Source of the DNA: an uncultured Treponemataceae bacterium
GTDB lineage: Bacteria; Spirochaetota; Spirochaetia; Treponematales; Treponemataceae
Assembly (NCBI GenBank): GCA_964371375.1
Contig: CAYJMR010000001.1
Location: 1 to 48,369 of the forward strand
Length of the DNA stretch: 48,369 bases
Direction of reading: 5' to 3'
Shown here in pieces: positions 34,488-43,077 of this stretch. Below the pieces are notes generated by a model that saw only the letters and a program-made list of their open reading frames with translations, was not told the DNA's origin and did no database searches. Position 1 is the stretch's first letter, and each line of letters opens with the position of its first letter. The translations under genes were made by a program, and so were the position numbers.

Positions 34488-37376
34488 GTGCTTTTGTTTA
34501 ATAAAGTAAAGAGCAGCTTCTTGATTTTTCTTATTATATTATTCTCTTTACACCTAAACCTTTTTTCTGAAGAGGCGAATGTTATAAGGGTTGGTTATAA
34601 TGCTAATACAGGCCTTATATATGACTTTGGCAATCGAGGGAAAGAAGGTATTGGTTTTGAATTATTAAAGAAAATTGAAACGGTTTGTGACCTTCGTTTT
34701 GACTTCATTAAAATTGAAGGCGATGCTTTTAAAGCGTTAGAAAACAACGAAGTGGATATCATAGGTTTATACTTACGCACTCCTGAGCGTGAAGAAAAAT
34801 ATTTATATTCCAGCGATTCTTTTAATACTGTTATTTCCTCTTTGGCAACAAAAGGCCCCAAAGGAATATATTATGATGATCCTCAATCCATTGACGGAAA
34901 AACAGTGGCAACGTATGAGGGGAATCCTGCAAATGCGTTTCTTAACAAATATCTAGAGGCAAATAACATATCTGTAACGTATATTTTTGAGTCATTTCAA
35001 AATTATTTATTTATTGACGCAGATTTTTATCTAACATACACAGAAAGTTCAGTTATTAATAATTTTTATACTGTTCTCAATTTTGAAAGTTCCCCCACGT
35101 ACTTGCTTGCAAACTTTACCAATAAAGAAACAATGGATGAAATAGATAATGCTTATTCAAAGATACAAGCAGAAGAAGGATATTTTTTTAATGAGTTAGT
35201 ATCAAAATACAATTCCTCTGCGGTCAACCTTGCTCATAGAGAATTAACTCGAAAAGAAGTAGAAATATTGCGTGCAAAACCGCTTCGCGTCGGATATGTG
35301 GATAATCACAGGCCTTTTACTTATCTAGATGATGAGGGCAAAGCAAATGGAGCACTCATAGAATTGATGGATGTGTTTGCAAAAAAATATTCGTTTGATG
35401 TTGAATATATACCCTATAGCTTAGATACTTCATATGACTCTCATAGTGACTTTGATGTTATTTTATCATTGCTAGGTAATGAAAAATATGAATTAGAACA
35501 CTATGTACCAACAGAATCGTATTATAGCATGGCAATGGTCGCAACGGTCTCAAATAAAATTGCAAAAATAAATTATCTACCATTCGAAATTATTAAAAAT
35601 ACTCCTCGAATAGGTTTTCCTGAATATTTGTATATAAACTATGATTCTTTTCAAAAAATGTTTCCAGATAATGAATTAGTTTTTTTTGGCTCTTTTGAAG
35701 AAATGATAGATGCCTATAAAGATGGTAGTGTTGATATGGCTATTTATACAGCTTCGGGATCAACGTATGCGGACGCATATTTAGATAAGGGCGAAAACTA
35801 TCTTTTTGGAACAGACTTTATGTTAGATTTTTATATGTCTTTTTCAAAAAGTATTGCTTCCGATTATGTTCCAATTTTTAATATAATTCTTGACACGGTG
35901 ACAGTACGTGAATATGAAGCCCTTTTAAATAAACATACTTCAACATATTATCCTAGGATAACAGTAAAGGCGTTTATAGTAGAGTATTGGGTGTATGTCT
36001 TTGCTATTGGTATAGCTATTGCATTAATATTTTTGTCATATAATAACAAAGTTCGTGAAGAGCATAAAGATTTGCAAATTCAGGCATATAGGTCAGACCG
36101 ATTAACTGGGCTGGTGTCTATGTCTTATTACTATGAAAAAGTGCAAGAAGTTCTTTCCATAGCAAAGAACAATGAATATGAACTTATTAGCTTTGATATT
36201 GACTACTTTAGAACAATCAACACCTATTATAGCATGGAGCAGGGAACGGCTGTGATAGTAGAAATAGCAAGAGCGCTTGAAAACGTTTTTAAAGAAACAG
36301 AAGCAATTCATGCTAGGAAAACAGCAGAGCAATTTTACGTTTTACGAAAAATTGGTGAGGGTCCTGCCATTGAAATTTTACATAAAATTTATATACTGCC
36401 GGCTATTAGGACCGTTTTGGGTGATAGATATAATGCAGTTCTTTCTTATGGTTTTGTTACTATTGACAACTGTGAAGAAACTATCTCTGACATTATTGCA
36501 TATGCCGACTATGCTCGCATGAGAGGAAAGTCTAGTCATGTAACAACTTTTATTGGCTTTGATAGAAAAATGAAAAAAGCTTTTACATCTAATCTGCATA
36601 TAACCTTTAAGATGGAGCAGGGGATTAAGGAGAAGGAGTTTAAGGTTTTTTATCAGCCAAAAGTAGATTTTAGAACTCTTAGAATAGTAGGAGCAGAAGC
36701 TTTAGTAAGATGGATTCCTTCACCTGGGGAAATTATTTATCCAAATGACTTTATTGATGTCTTTGAGAGCAATGGTTTTATTTCGACCTTGGATATGTAT
36801 GTTTTTAAAGATGTCTGTAGATATATAAGTGAGCTTTGTGATAAAGTAGATGTTCCCATTATTTCAGTAAATCTTTCCGCTGTTACTGTCCTTGAGGATA
36901 CTTTGATTTCACAATTAATGGCAATTTTGGATGAGTATGATGTAAAACCTTCTCAAATTGATCTTGAAATTACCGAAACGGCAATATTAGGGTCAGAAGA
37001 AATCTTTTTATCTAAAATTCGCCAGTTAAAAAAATTAGGCTTTATTGTTTCTATTGATGACTTTGGTTCTGGTGTATCCTCATTAAACAGGCTTTGCTCA
37101 ATACATGCAGATATTTTAAAGATGGATAAAGCTTTTTTTGAGCAAAAAGATTCAGATGAGCGAACTGCAATTGTAGTCGATGAGGTTATTACTCTTTCGA
37201 AAAGACTGGAAATGAAAATTGTTGCAGAGGGTGTTGAAACGTATGAACAAGCAAAGTGGCTACGAGATTTAGACTGTGATATTGCACAGGGTTATTATTT
37301 TTCAAAGCCAATTTCTGAAGAAATATTTTTTGAGTATATACAAACAGGAAAGTCATATGCGATAAGTAAGGTGTAG
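34488..37376 (+). CDS. periplasmic dual SBP_bac_3 sensor - TM - degenerate GGDEF - EAL protein (predicted c-di-GMP phosphodiesterase)
   Basis: 962 aa. GTG start 9 nt after GGAGGA. Signal peptide and two solute-binding-like domains (IRVGYNANTG..., LRVGYVDNHRPFTYLDDEGKANG...), then one TM. GGDEF domain has TAEQF instead of GGDEF. EAL motifs are intact: EALVRW, EITET, DDFGSG, KMDKAF, EGVET, QGYYFSKP. Confidence 0.8.
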   Translation: MLLFNKVKSSFLIFLIILFSLHLNLFSEEANVIRVGYNANTGLIYDFGNRGKEGIGFELLKKIETVCDLRFDFIKIEGDAFKALENNEVDIIGLYLRTPEREEKYLYSSDSFNTVISSLATKGPKGIYYDDPQSIDGKTVATYEGNPANAFLNKYLEANNISVTYIFESFQNYLFIDADFYLTYTESSVINNFYTVLNFESSPTYLLANFTNKETMDEIDNAYSKIQAEEGYFFNELVSKYNSSAVNLAHRELTRKEVEILRAKPLRVGYVDNHRPFTYLDDEGKANGALIELMDVFAKKYSFDVEYIPYSLDTSYDSHSDFDVILSLLGNEKYELEHYVPTESYYSMAMVATVSNKIAKINYLPFEIIKNTPRIGFPEYLYINYDSFQKMFPDNELVFFGSFEEMIDAYKDGSVDMAIYTASGSTYADAYLDKGENYLFGTDFMLDFYMSFSKSIASDYVPIFNIILDTVTVREYEALLNKHTSTYYPRITVKAFIVEYWVYVFAIGIAIALIFLSYNNKVREEHKDLQIQAYRSDRLTGLVSMSYYYEKVQEVLSIAKNNEYELISFDIDYFRTINTYYSMEQGTAVIVEIARALENVFKETEAIHARKTAEQFYVLRKIGEGPAIEILHKIYILPAIRTVLGDRYNAVLSYGFVTIDNCEETISDIIAYADYARMRGKSSHVTTFIGFDRKMKKAFTSNLHITFKMEQGIKEKEFKVFYQPKVDFRTLRIVGAEALVRWIPSPGEIIYPNDFIDVFESNGFISTLDMYVFKDVCRYISELCDKVDVPIISVNLSAVTVLEDTLISQLMAILDEYDVKPSQIDLEITETAILGSEEIFLSKIRQLKKLGFIVSIDDFGSGVSSLNRLCSIHADILKMDKAFFEQKDSDERTAIVVDEVITLSKRLEMKIVAEGVETYEQAKWLRDLDCDIAQGYYFSKPISEEIFFEYIQTGKSYAISKV

Positions 37377-37418
37377 TATATAATTTTGGTCAGTTTACTA
37401 TGAATATTTGGAGTTTTT

Positions 37419-38726
37419 ATGAAAAAAAACAAAGTTGTTGTGCTTCTCGTTCTTGTTTGTGTTTGTATTACGTACGTTTTTGCTAGATATATGTTTGCAG
37501 AAAGAGAGTATGCAAAAGGGGTAACTTCTTTTATGCAGCTTCATGGAGAAAGAGTACAAAATGCCTTTAACCGAAGTGTTGAAGGTGGGATGATTTTAGA
37601 AAGCCTTGTGCGTTATCTTGACTTTGATTTTGATAAAGATACGTTTGACTATGTAGCAGAAGATTGGTTTAATGAAAATACCATGATTTCTATTTCATAT
37701 ATGCCAGAAGGTGTTGTTCAATGGATATATCCCCCTACAAAAGATAATAATAATGTTTTAGGTTTGAATGTCTTTGAGTTTGAAGGGACAAGGAAAGGCG
37801 CTTTAGAATCAAAAAATAATAAATCTATTATGATCTCCGGACCTATAGAACTTCAAAGTGGTGAACTCGGGCTTACGGTGAGAACGCCTATTTACACAAA
37901 TCAGGGTTCTTTTTGGGGTTTTGTTTCTGTCCTTTACGATTCTAAAATGGTTGCGTATGATGCGATAGAAGCAAATTCTATTGAGGGCATGGGTTACAAG
38001 TTTGCAATTCATTCGAATTATGATGGAAATGTTATTCCCCTATTAGCATCAGATAACTTTGATTATGAAAAGGCCTATTTTACTGAAGTGACAATTGCCG
38101 AAAACGATTGGGAGTTTTATTTGTACAGTGAAGAATACGAACGGCAAATTGTGTGGTTTTTTGTAGAGCGCATTATTGAAGCTATTGGTTTATGTGCAAT
38201 GATTTTTATGGGCGTAATGATATTGCAAAAACGGCAAAAGCTTGTATACGAGCAAATATACCTTGATCAATTAACCCGGTTATATAACAGAAAAAAAATG
38301 GATGCTATTGTTGGGAAAGAAAAGGACTCTAAAAAGGGAGGATTCTCCATTTTTTATATAGATTTAAATAAATTTAAACCTGTTAACGATATGTATGGCC
38401 ATGCAGTAGGGGATAAACTCTTAATCGCTTTTGCCTCTCGTCTAATACACCGTTTTGATGAATCAGCGACGAGGATTAGAATGGGAGGGGATGAGTTTGT
38501 TCTAATCATTGATACTGAGTTAGATGAAGATAGTATTCTAAAAGTAAAAGATAGAATTGTTTTTTTGGCAGAAGAAGAATTTTTTATTGATCACTTGACG
38601 ATAAGAATCTCTGCCTCTATTGGTTTTGCCACCTCTCCGAAAGATGGAACAACAATCGCAGAGGTTTTGGAAAAAGCAGACAATATGATGTATGAAGAGA
38701 AACAAAAAAAGAAAGAATCAAGATAA
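37419..38726 (+). CDS. sensor diguanylate cyclase (periplasmic CHASE-like domain - TM - GGDEF)
   Basis: 435 aa with an N-terminal TM and a periplasmic domain of about 230 aa. Second TM (residues ~245-270). Canonical YIDLNKFKPVNDMYGHAVGD and RMGGDEFVLI. I saw no RxxD I-site 5 residues upstream of GGDEF. Confidence 0.8.
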   Translation: MKKNKVVVLLVLVCVCITYVFARYMFAEREYAKGVTSFMQLHGERVQNAFNRSVEGGMILESLVRYLDFDFDKDTFDYVAEDWFNENTMISISYMPEGVVQWIYPPTKDNNNVLGLNVFEFEGTRKGALESKNNKSIMISGPIELQSGELGLTVRTPIYTNQGSFWGFVSVLYDSKMVAYDAIEANSIEGMGYKFAIHSNYDGNVIPLLASDNFDYEKAYFTEVTIAENDWEFYLYSEEYERQIVWFFVERIIEAIGLCAMIFMGVMILQKRQKLVYEQIYLDQLTRLYNRKKMDAIVGKEKDSKKGGFSIFYIDLNKFKPVNDMYGHAVGDKLLIAFASRLIHRFDESATRIRMGGDEFVLIIDTELDEDSILKVKDRIVFLAEEEFFIDHLTIRISASIGFATSPKDGTTIAEVLEKADNMMYEEKQKKKESR

Positions 38727-38824
38727 GGATACGTTTTAATAGAACGAGTCTTATAGCAGTAAGGTAAAATACAGACACTGCCATCAAAAAAATCTCTATT
38801 TCTCCTAAATGTAAGATTGAACAC

Positions 38825-38852
38825 TTGTTAAAATAGCAAAATGTGCTATAAT
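38825..38852 (+). promoter_or_regulatory. extended -10 promoter (TTGTTA-16-TGcTATAAT) for the ABC importer operon
   Basis: TTGTTA at 38825..38830, a 16-nt spacer, TATAAT at 38847..38852 preceded by TGC. Confidence 0.4.
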
Positions 38853-38906
38853 AATATCACTTATGGCTAATGTTTTAGCTTATATTGAGGAAGAGGAGAA
38901 GAGAGA

Positions 38907-40127
38907 GTGAAAAAGACTATAGTAGGGTTAGTGTGTCTTGTTGCATTTGTTATTGTAGCCTGTACACCAAGCAAAGTAATAAAAGAAGAAGAGTTTTCTT
39001 CGTGGCAAGAAGTTGTAGAAACTGGTACAGGAAAAAATGTTAGTGTATTCATGTGGGGCGGAAATGACGCCGTCAATCTATATTTTGATGAGTTTATTTC
39101 AGAGCATGTAAAAGAACTATATGATATTGACTTAACAAGAGTTCCGATGAATGCCCCTGACTTTGTTGCAAAAGTTCTTAATGAAAAGAAGAATAATGTA
39201 GAAGATGGTACAATTGATATCTTATGGATAAATGCAGAAAATTTTAAAACTCTAAAAGAGATTGACGGGTTGTATGGACCTTTTACACAACTTTTAGATA
39301 ATCAAACAAAATACTATGACCAAGATTTAGGCGACTTGCATTATGATTCAGGTGTTGCTATTGAGGGAACAGAGGCAATCTTTGGTAGCGCGCAACTTGT
39401 TTTTACCTATGACGAAGCAAGGGTGCAAAATCCGCCAAGGACGTATGAAGAAATTCTGGACTATGCAAAAGAAAATCCTGGCACTATAACATACCCAAAT
39501 CCTATACAAGATTTTGTAGGTGCAGCTTTTATGCGAAATGCATACTTTGAACTTACCGATAACGATTTTACACAAGAATATACATATGAAGAGTTTGTCG
39601 GGTTGTCACAACCAGTTATAAATTACTTTAAAGAACTTCACCCATATATGTGGAATGAAGGTGAAGTTTTTCCTGGAAGTATAGCGCAACAAGATGATAT
39701 GTTTAAAAATGGCACTGTTGAATTGCTATATGGTTTTGAAGTGTATAGAACTGCGGGGCTTATTGAAAGAAATGAATACCCTGAAAGTGTAAAAACCTAT
39801 GTGCTTGAAACGGGGACACTTGGTAACTCTCATTATCTTGCTATTCCATACAATGCTCCTCAAAAAGCAGCGGCAATGCTTGTAATTGACTTTTTGCAAA
39901 GTCCTGAAGCACAAATTGAAAAAATGAAGCCTAGCGTTTGGGGTGATATGTCTGCAATCGACACAACAACCTTGTCTGAAGAACAGCTGAACATTATGGA
40001 CGAAATACAAGATAATCCTGCTATTATCCCAACCGAAGTATTGCTTAATAACAGGCACAGCGATATGAAAGCGCAATACATTGATTGGATTAAGCAAATA
40101 TGGGACGAAGAAATTATCAATTCTTAG
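38907..40127 (+). CDS. ABC transporter substrate-binding lipoprotein (YnjB-like by recollection; substrate unknown)
   Basis: 406 aa. GTG start after a purine-rich SD. Lipobox VIVAC. First gene of an SBP + 2 permeases + ATPase operon. Confidence 0.7.
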   Translation: MKKTIVGLVCLVAFVIVACTPSKVIKEEEFSSWQEVVETGTGKNVSVFMWGGNDAVNLYFDEFISEHVKELYDIDLTRVPMNAPDFVAKVLNEKKNNVEDGTIDILWINAENFKTLKEIDGLYGPFTQLLDNQTKYYDQDLGDLHYDSGVAIEGTEAIFGSAQLVFTYDEARVQNPPRTYEEILDYAKENPGTITYPNPIQDFVGAAFMRNAYFELTDNDFTQEYTYEEFVGLSQPVINYFKELHPYMWNEGEVFPGSIAQQDDMFKNGTVELLYGFEVYRTAGLIERNEYPESVKTYVLETGTLGNSHYLAIPYNAPQKAAAMLVIDFLQSPEAQIEKMKPSVWGDMSAIDTTTLSEEQLNIMDEIQDNPAIIPTEVLLNNRHSDMKAQYIDWIKQIWDEEIINS

Positions 40128-40960
40128 CATACGTAATTGTCCCTCTTCTGTTATACATAGTTTTTATAGTAGGGGGATTTGGTGTAGTTTTGCTTGAGAG
40201 TTTTAACAGAGGGGTTTCCTTTGATTGGGCAAGTCTTAACATAGTCGTATACAAAGATCTTTTTACATCAAAATCAACATACTCTGCTATAGGCTTTTCT
40301 CTCTACATTGCTTTTATGTCTGCATCTTTGAGTGCCGTTATAGGTGTCTATGTTGCTCAGTATATAGCCTTTTCAAAAAAAGCTATTGTAGGTAAGGTCT
40401 TGGAAAAATTTAGTTATGTTTTTGTTATTCTTCCTTACCTGTATGTGGTTTTTTTAGTGTTATTTATGGTTTCTGATACAGGTGTGTTGTATAGGCTTTT
40501 TGGCGGCGGAGAGTTTTTGCCATCGCTATTGTATGGTCGGTTTGCATTGGGTGTTATTTTTGCGTTTACCTTAAAAGGAGTTCCTTTTGTGACTCTTTAT
40601 ACATTAAGTATTTTAAGCAAAATACGTGATGAGTATTTTTTAATAGGGCATTTGCTGGGAGCCTCTCGTTCTCTTGTAATACAGACTGTTTATATTCCAA
40701 TTTGTAAAAATGCAATAGTGTGGAGCAGTGCTGTCCTTTTTGCATATAGTTTAGGGTCATATGAAGTACCGTCCCTTTTAACTAATGTTCATCAAAGAAC
40801 CCTTGCCCAGTTAATATATAGAAATTATACGAGCCCCAATATTGATGATTTTCCAACAGCAATGGCCTTAAACATTGTGCTTCTTTTTGTGTGTGCTATA
40901 TTTGGGTTATTATATAGTTTTTTGGTGTCCAGGGTGATTGATAGAAAGGTAGTGCGATGA
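40100..40960 (+). CDS. ABC transporter permease
   Basis: 286 aa with 6 TM segments. 28-nt overlap with the SBP gene, and no alternative in-frame start downstream before TM1. Confidence 0.75.
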   Translation: MGRRNYQFLAYVIVPLLLYIVFIVGGFGVVLLESFNRGVSFDWASLNIVVYKDLFTSKSTYSAIGFSLYIAFMSASLSAVIGVYVAQYIAFSKKAIVGKVLEKFSYVFVILPYLYVVFLVLFMVSDTGVLYRLFGGGEFLPSLLYGRFALGVIFAFTLKGVPFVTLYTLSILSKIRDEYFLIGHLLGASRSLVIQTVYIPICKNAIVWSSAVLFAYSLGSYEVPSLLTNVHQRTLAQLIYRNYTSPNIDDFPTAMALNIVLLFVCAIFGLLYSFLVSRVIDRKVVR

Positions 40961-41715
40961 AAGTAGTAATAATGTTATTTTTAGCTTTTTCTATTTTTCT
41001 CAGTTTTATAATGGGCTTTTTTTCTGAATACTTTTTTCCAGCCCTTTTCCCAAGTGGTTTTACCTTTGATTATGTAAGGAGAGCTTTATCAAACGCCCTA
41101 CTTTATCGCAGTGTTGCATCAAGTCTGTTTGTTGGCTTTTTGGTTGCAATATTTTCAACATTATTTGGCTTTCTTCTTGGGAGGGGAGTGGTAAGGTATT
41201 CTAATCGGTATAAAAATGCATGGCTCAGCTTTTTTACTTTACCCTTGTTCTTTCCTGCTGTTTCTATGTTTATAGGCGTTCACATCATAATGCTTCGTTT
41301 GTCAATTGCAAACACTTTATTTAGTGTAGTTTTGGCACATCTTTTTTTAACCATCCCATATTCAATGAATATAGCTGTTTCGTATTTTAATGGAATAAGT
41401 AAAAATTTTGAAAGTCTATCAGCCCTTCTTGGGGCAAGCTCAATACAAACCTTTAGAAAGGTATTGCTTCCACTTCTGAAAGAAGGTCTTATATTATCAC
41501 TGCAGATAACCTTTTTAATATCAGTTTCTGAATATTTTGCCGTGTTTTTAATTGGGGGTGGGACTATCATTACCTTATCTGGTGTATTATATCCTTACAT
41601 CTCAAATTTTGATGCCCAAAACGTGGCAATATATATGAGTGTATTTTTAATTGCGAATATTTTACTGTTTTCCTTGTTGAGACTTGGAACTAAAAAGACA
41701 AAAAACTTATATTAG
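40957..41715 (+). CDS. ABC transporter permease
   Basis: 252 aa with 6 TM segments. ATGA overlap with the preceding permease. EAA-like loop SALLGASSIQTFRKVLLP. Confidence 0.75.
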   Translation: MKVVIMLFLAFSIFLSFIMGFFSEYFFPALFPSGFTFDYVRRALSNALLYRSVASSLFVGFLVAIFSTLFGFLLGRGVVRYSNRYKNAWLSFFTLPLFFPAVSMFIGVHIIMLRLSIANTLFSVVLAHLFLTIPYSMNIAVSYFNGISKNFESLSALLGASSIQTFRKVLLPLLKEGLILSLQITFLISVSEYFAVFLIGGGTIITLSGVLYPYISNFDAQNVAIYMSVFLIANILLFSLLRLGTKKTKNLY

Positions 41716-41724
41716 AGGGTGTGT

Positions 41725-42705
41725 ATGATTGAATTAATTGGAATCGAAAAACAGTACGGAAAAAAAACAGTTCTCACAAGCATAGATGCCAAAATCGAAA
41801 AGGGAGAGTTTTTTGTTTTTTTGGGAAGCTCAGGAAGTGGAAAGTCAACTCTTTTAAAAATTATTTCGGGAATTGAAACGCTTGATGAGGGAAGAGTTTT
41901 TTTGCATGGTGAAGACATAACCTATAAACCTGTTCAAGAGCGTAATATCGGTTATATTTTTCAGGAGCCTCTGTTGTTTCCTCATATGAATGTACGAGAA
42001 AATATTTGTTATAGTCTATCTATCGCAAAAAAGACAAAAGAAGAAATCCAAAGTCGATATGAAAAATTTGAGGGTCTGCTTCAGCTCGAGGGACTTTCTG
42101 GTTCTATGCCTCATCAGTTATCGGGGGGACAAAAACAAAGAGTATCCTTGGCACGGTCACTAATTAATACTCCCGAAATACTGCTCATGGATGAGCCGTT
42201 TTCCAGTCTTGATTATAACTTGCGAACGGAAATGGGCGTAATGGTAAAAAAGCTTCAAAGCGAACTTGGATTAACAATTATTTTTGTTACTCACGATATA
42301 GAAGAAAGTTTAATGTTGGCCGACAATATTGCCTTTTTAAATGATGGGATTATTCTTGAGCAAGGCTTTCCACAACAAATGTTTTATAATCCACAGTTTG
42401 AAGAAACTGCAAAGTTTATGGGAGAGTACAATAAGATTTTAGGTGAGGTAAAAGACGGTATGTTTCAAAATAAGTATACTCCAATTCCTAGCGTATGTGA
42501 TACTAAAACAGAAATGTATATTCGCCCGAATAAAATTAGACTGTTACCATGTGAAAGAGGTAACTTCATTATTTCTGATATAGTGCAAAATGGAAAGGGG
42601 GATATCATTATTCTTGAAGATGATCCTTTAAAAATTGAGAGTTTTTTCTCAGATGGATTAAAAAAAGGCCAAAGAGTAAATATTGAATTTTCTAATCTTT
42701 TATGA
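41725..42705 (+). CDS. ABC transporter ATP-binding protein (PotA/CysA-like with C-terminal TOBE-like domain)
   Basis: ATG at 41725 preferred over the GTG at 41719 because the SD AGAGGG lies 5 nt upstream. Walker A GSSGSGKST, signature LSGGQKQR, Walker B LLMDEPFS. Confidence 0.85.
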   Translation: MIELIGIEKQYGKKTVLTSIDAKIEKGEFFVFLGSSGSGKSTLLKIISGIETLDEGRVFLHGEDITYKPVQERNIGYIFQEPLLFPHMNVRENICYSLSIAKKTKEEIQSRYEKFEGLLQLEGLSGSMPHQLSGGQKQRVSLARSLINTPEILLMDEPFSSLDYNLRTEMGVMVKKLQSELGLTIIFVTHDIEESLMLADNIAFLNDGIILEQGFPQQMFYNPQFEETAKFMGEYNKILGEVKDGMFQNKYTPIPSVCDTKTEMYIRPNKIRLLPCERGNFIISDIVQNGKGDIIILEDDPLKIESFFSDGLKKGQRVNIEFSNLL

Positions 42706-42714
42706 TGTATAGAC

Positions 42715-42743
42715 TTGACACTTTTTTTGTTATTTGTTATTAT
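42715..42743 (+). promoter_or_regulatory. consensus-like promoter (TTGACA-17-TGtTATTAT) for rpmB
   Basis: TTGACA at 42715..42720, a 17-nt spacer, TATTAT at 42738..42743 preceded by TGT. Confidence 0.5.
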
Positions 42744-42791
42744 GGTGAACTCACACAATAGATAATTTATATATGTATAGGCGGTTTTATT

Positions 42792-42983
42792 ATGTCAAGA
42801 AAATGTGATATTTGCGGAAAGGGTTCATTAAGTGGAAACAAAGTAAGTAAAGCTTACAACCATACAAGACGCACTTGGAAGCCCAATATTATCGGTGTAA
42901 AAACTGAAATTGGTGGAACAACATTTACGGTAAAAATGTGCACACGTTGTTTAAGAAGTGGATATATTACTAAAAAAATATAA
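42792..42983 (+). CDS. rpmB: 50S ribosomal protein L28
   Basis: 63 aa. MSRKCDICGKG...GNKVS.A.N.TRR.W.PN is the L28 signature. Confidence 0.9.
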   Translation: MSRKCDICGKGSLSGNKVSKAYNHTRRTWKPNIIGVKTEIGGTTFTVKMCTRCLRSGYITKKI

Positions 42984-43003
42984 TTTGCTTTTCCGTGGAA
43001 AGA

Positions 43004-43031
43004 AGCCCTGTTGATTGAACAGGGCTTTTTT
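43004..43031 (+). terminator. rho-independent terminator of rpmB
   Basis: AGCCCTGTT (43004..43012) / AACAGGGCT (43018..43026) followed by TTTTTTATTTTT. Confidence 0.75.
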
Positions 43032-43077
43032 ATTTTTGTACCCTTGCAAAGACCCAAATTTTGAGTTATACTTACAT

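Noticed and set aside
43015-43077. N-terminal 21-aa extension of pyruvate kinase from the ORF track. Analogous extensions occur at 4707, 16732, 20147, 28816 and 15644.
   Set aside because: The extensions overlap upstream terminators or SD sequences, or lack an SD. Internal ATGs have good SDs and align with the conserved family N-termini.
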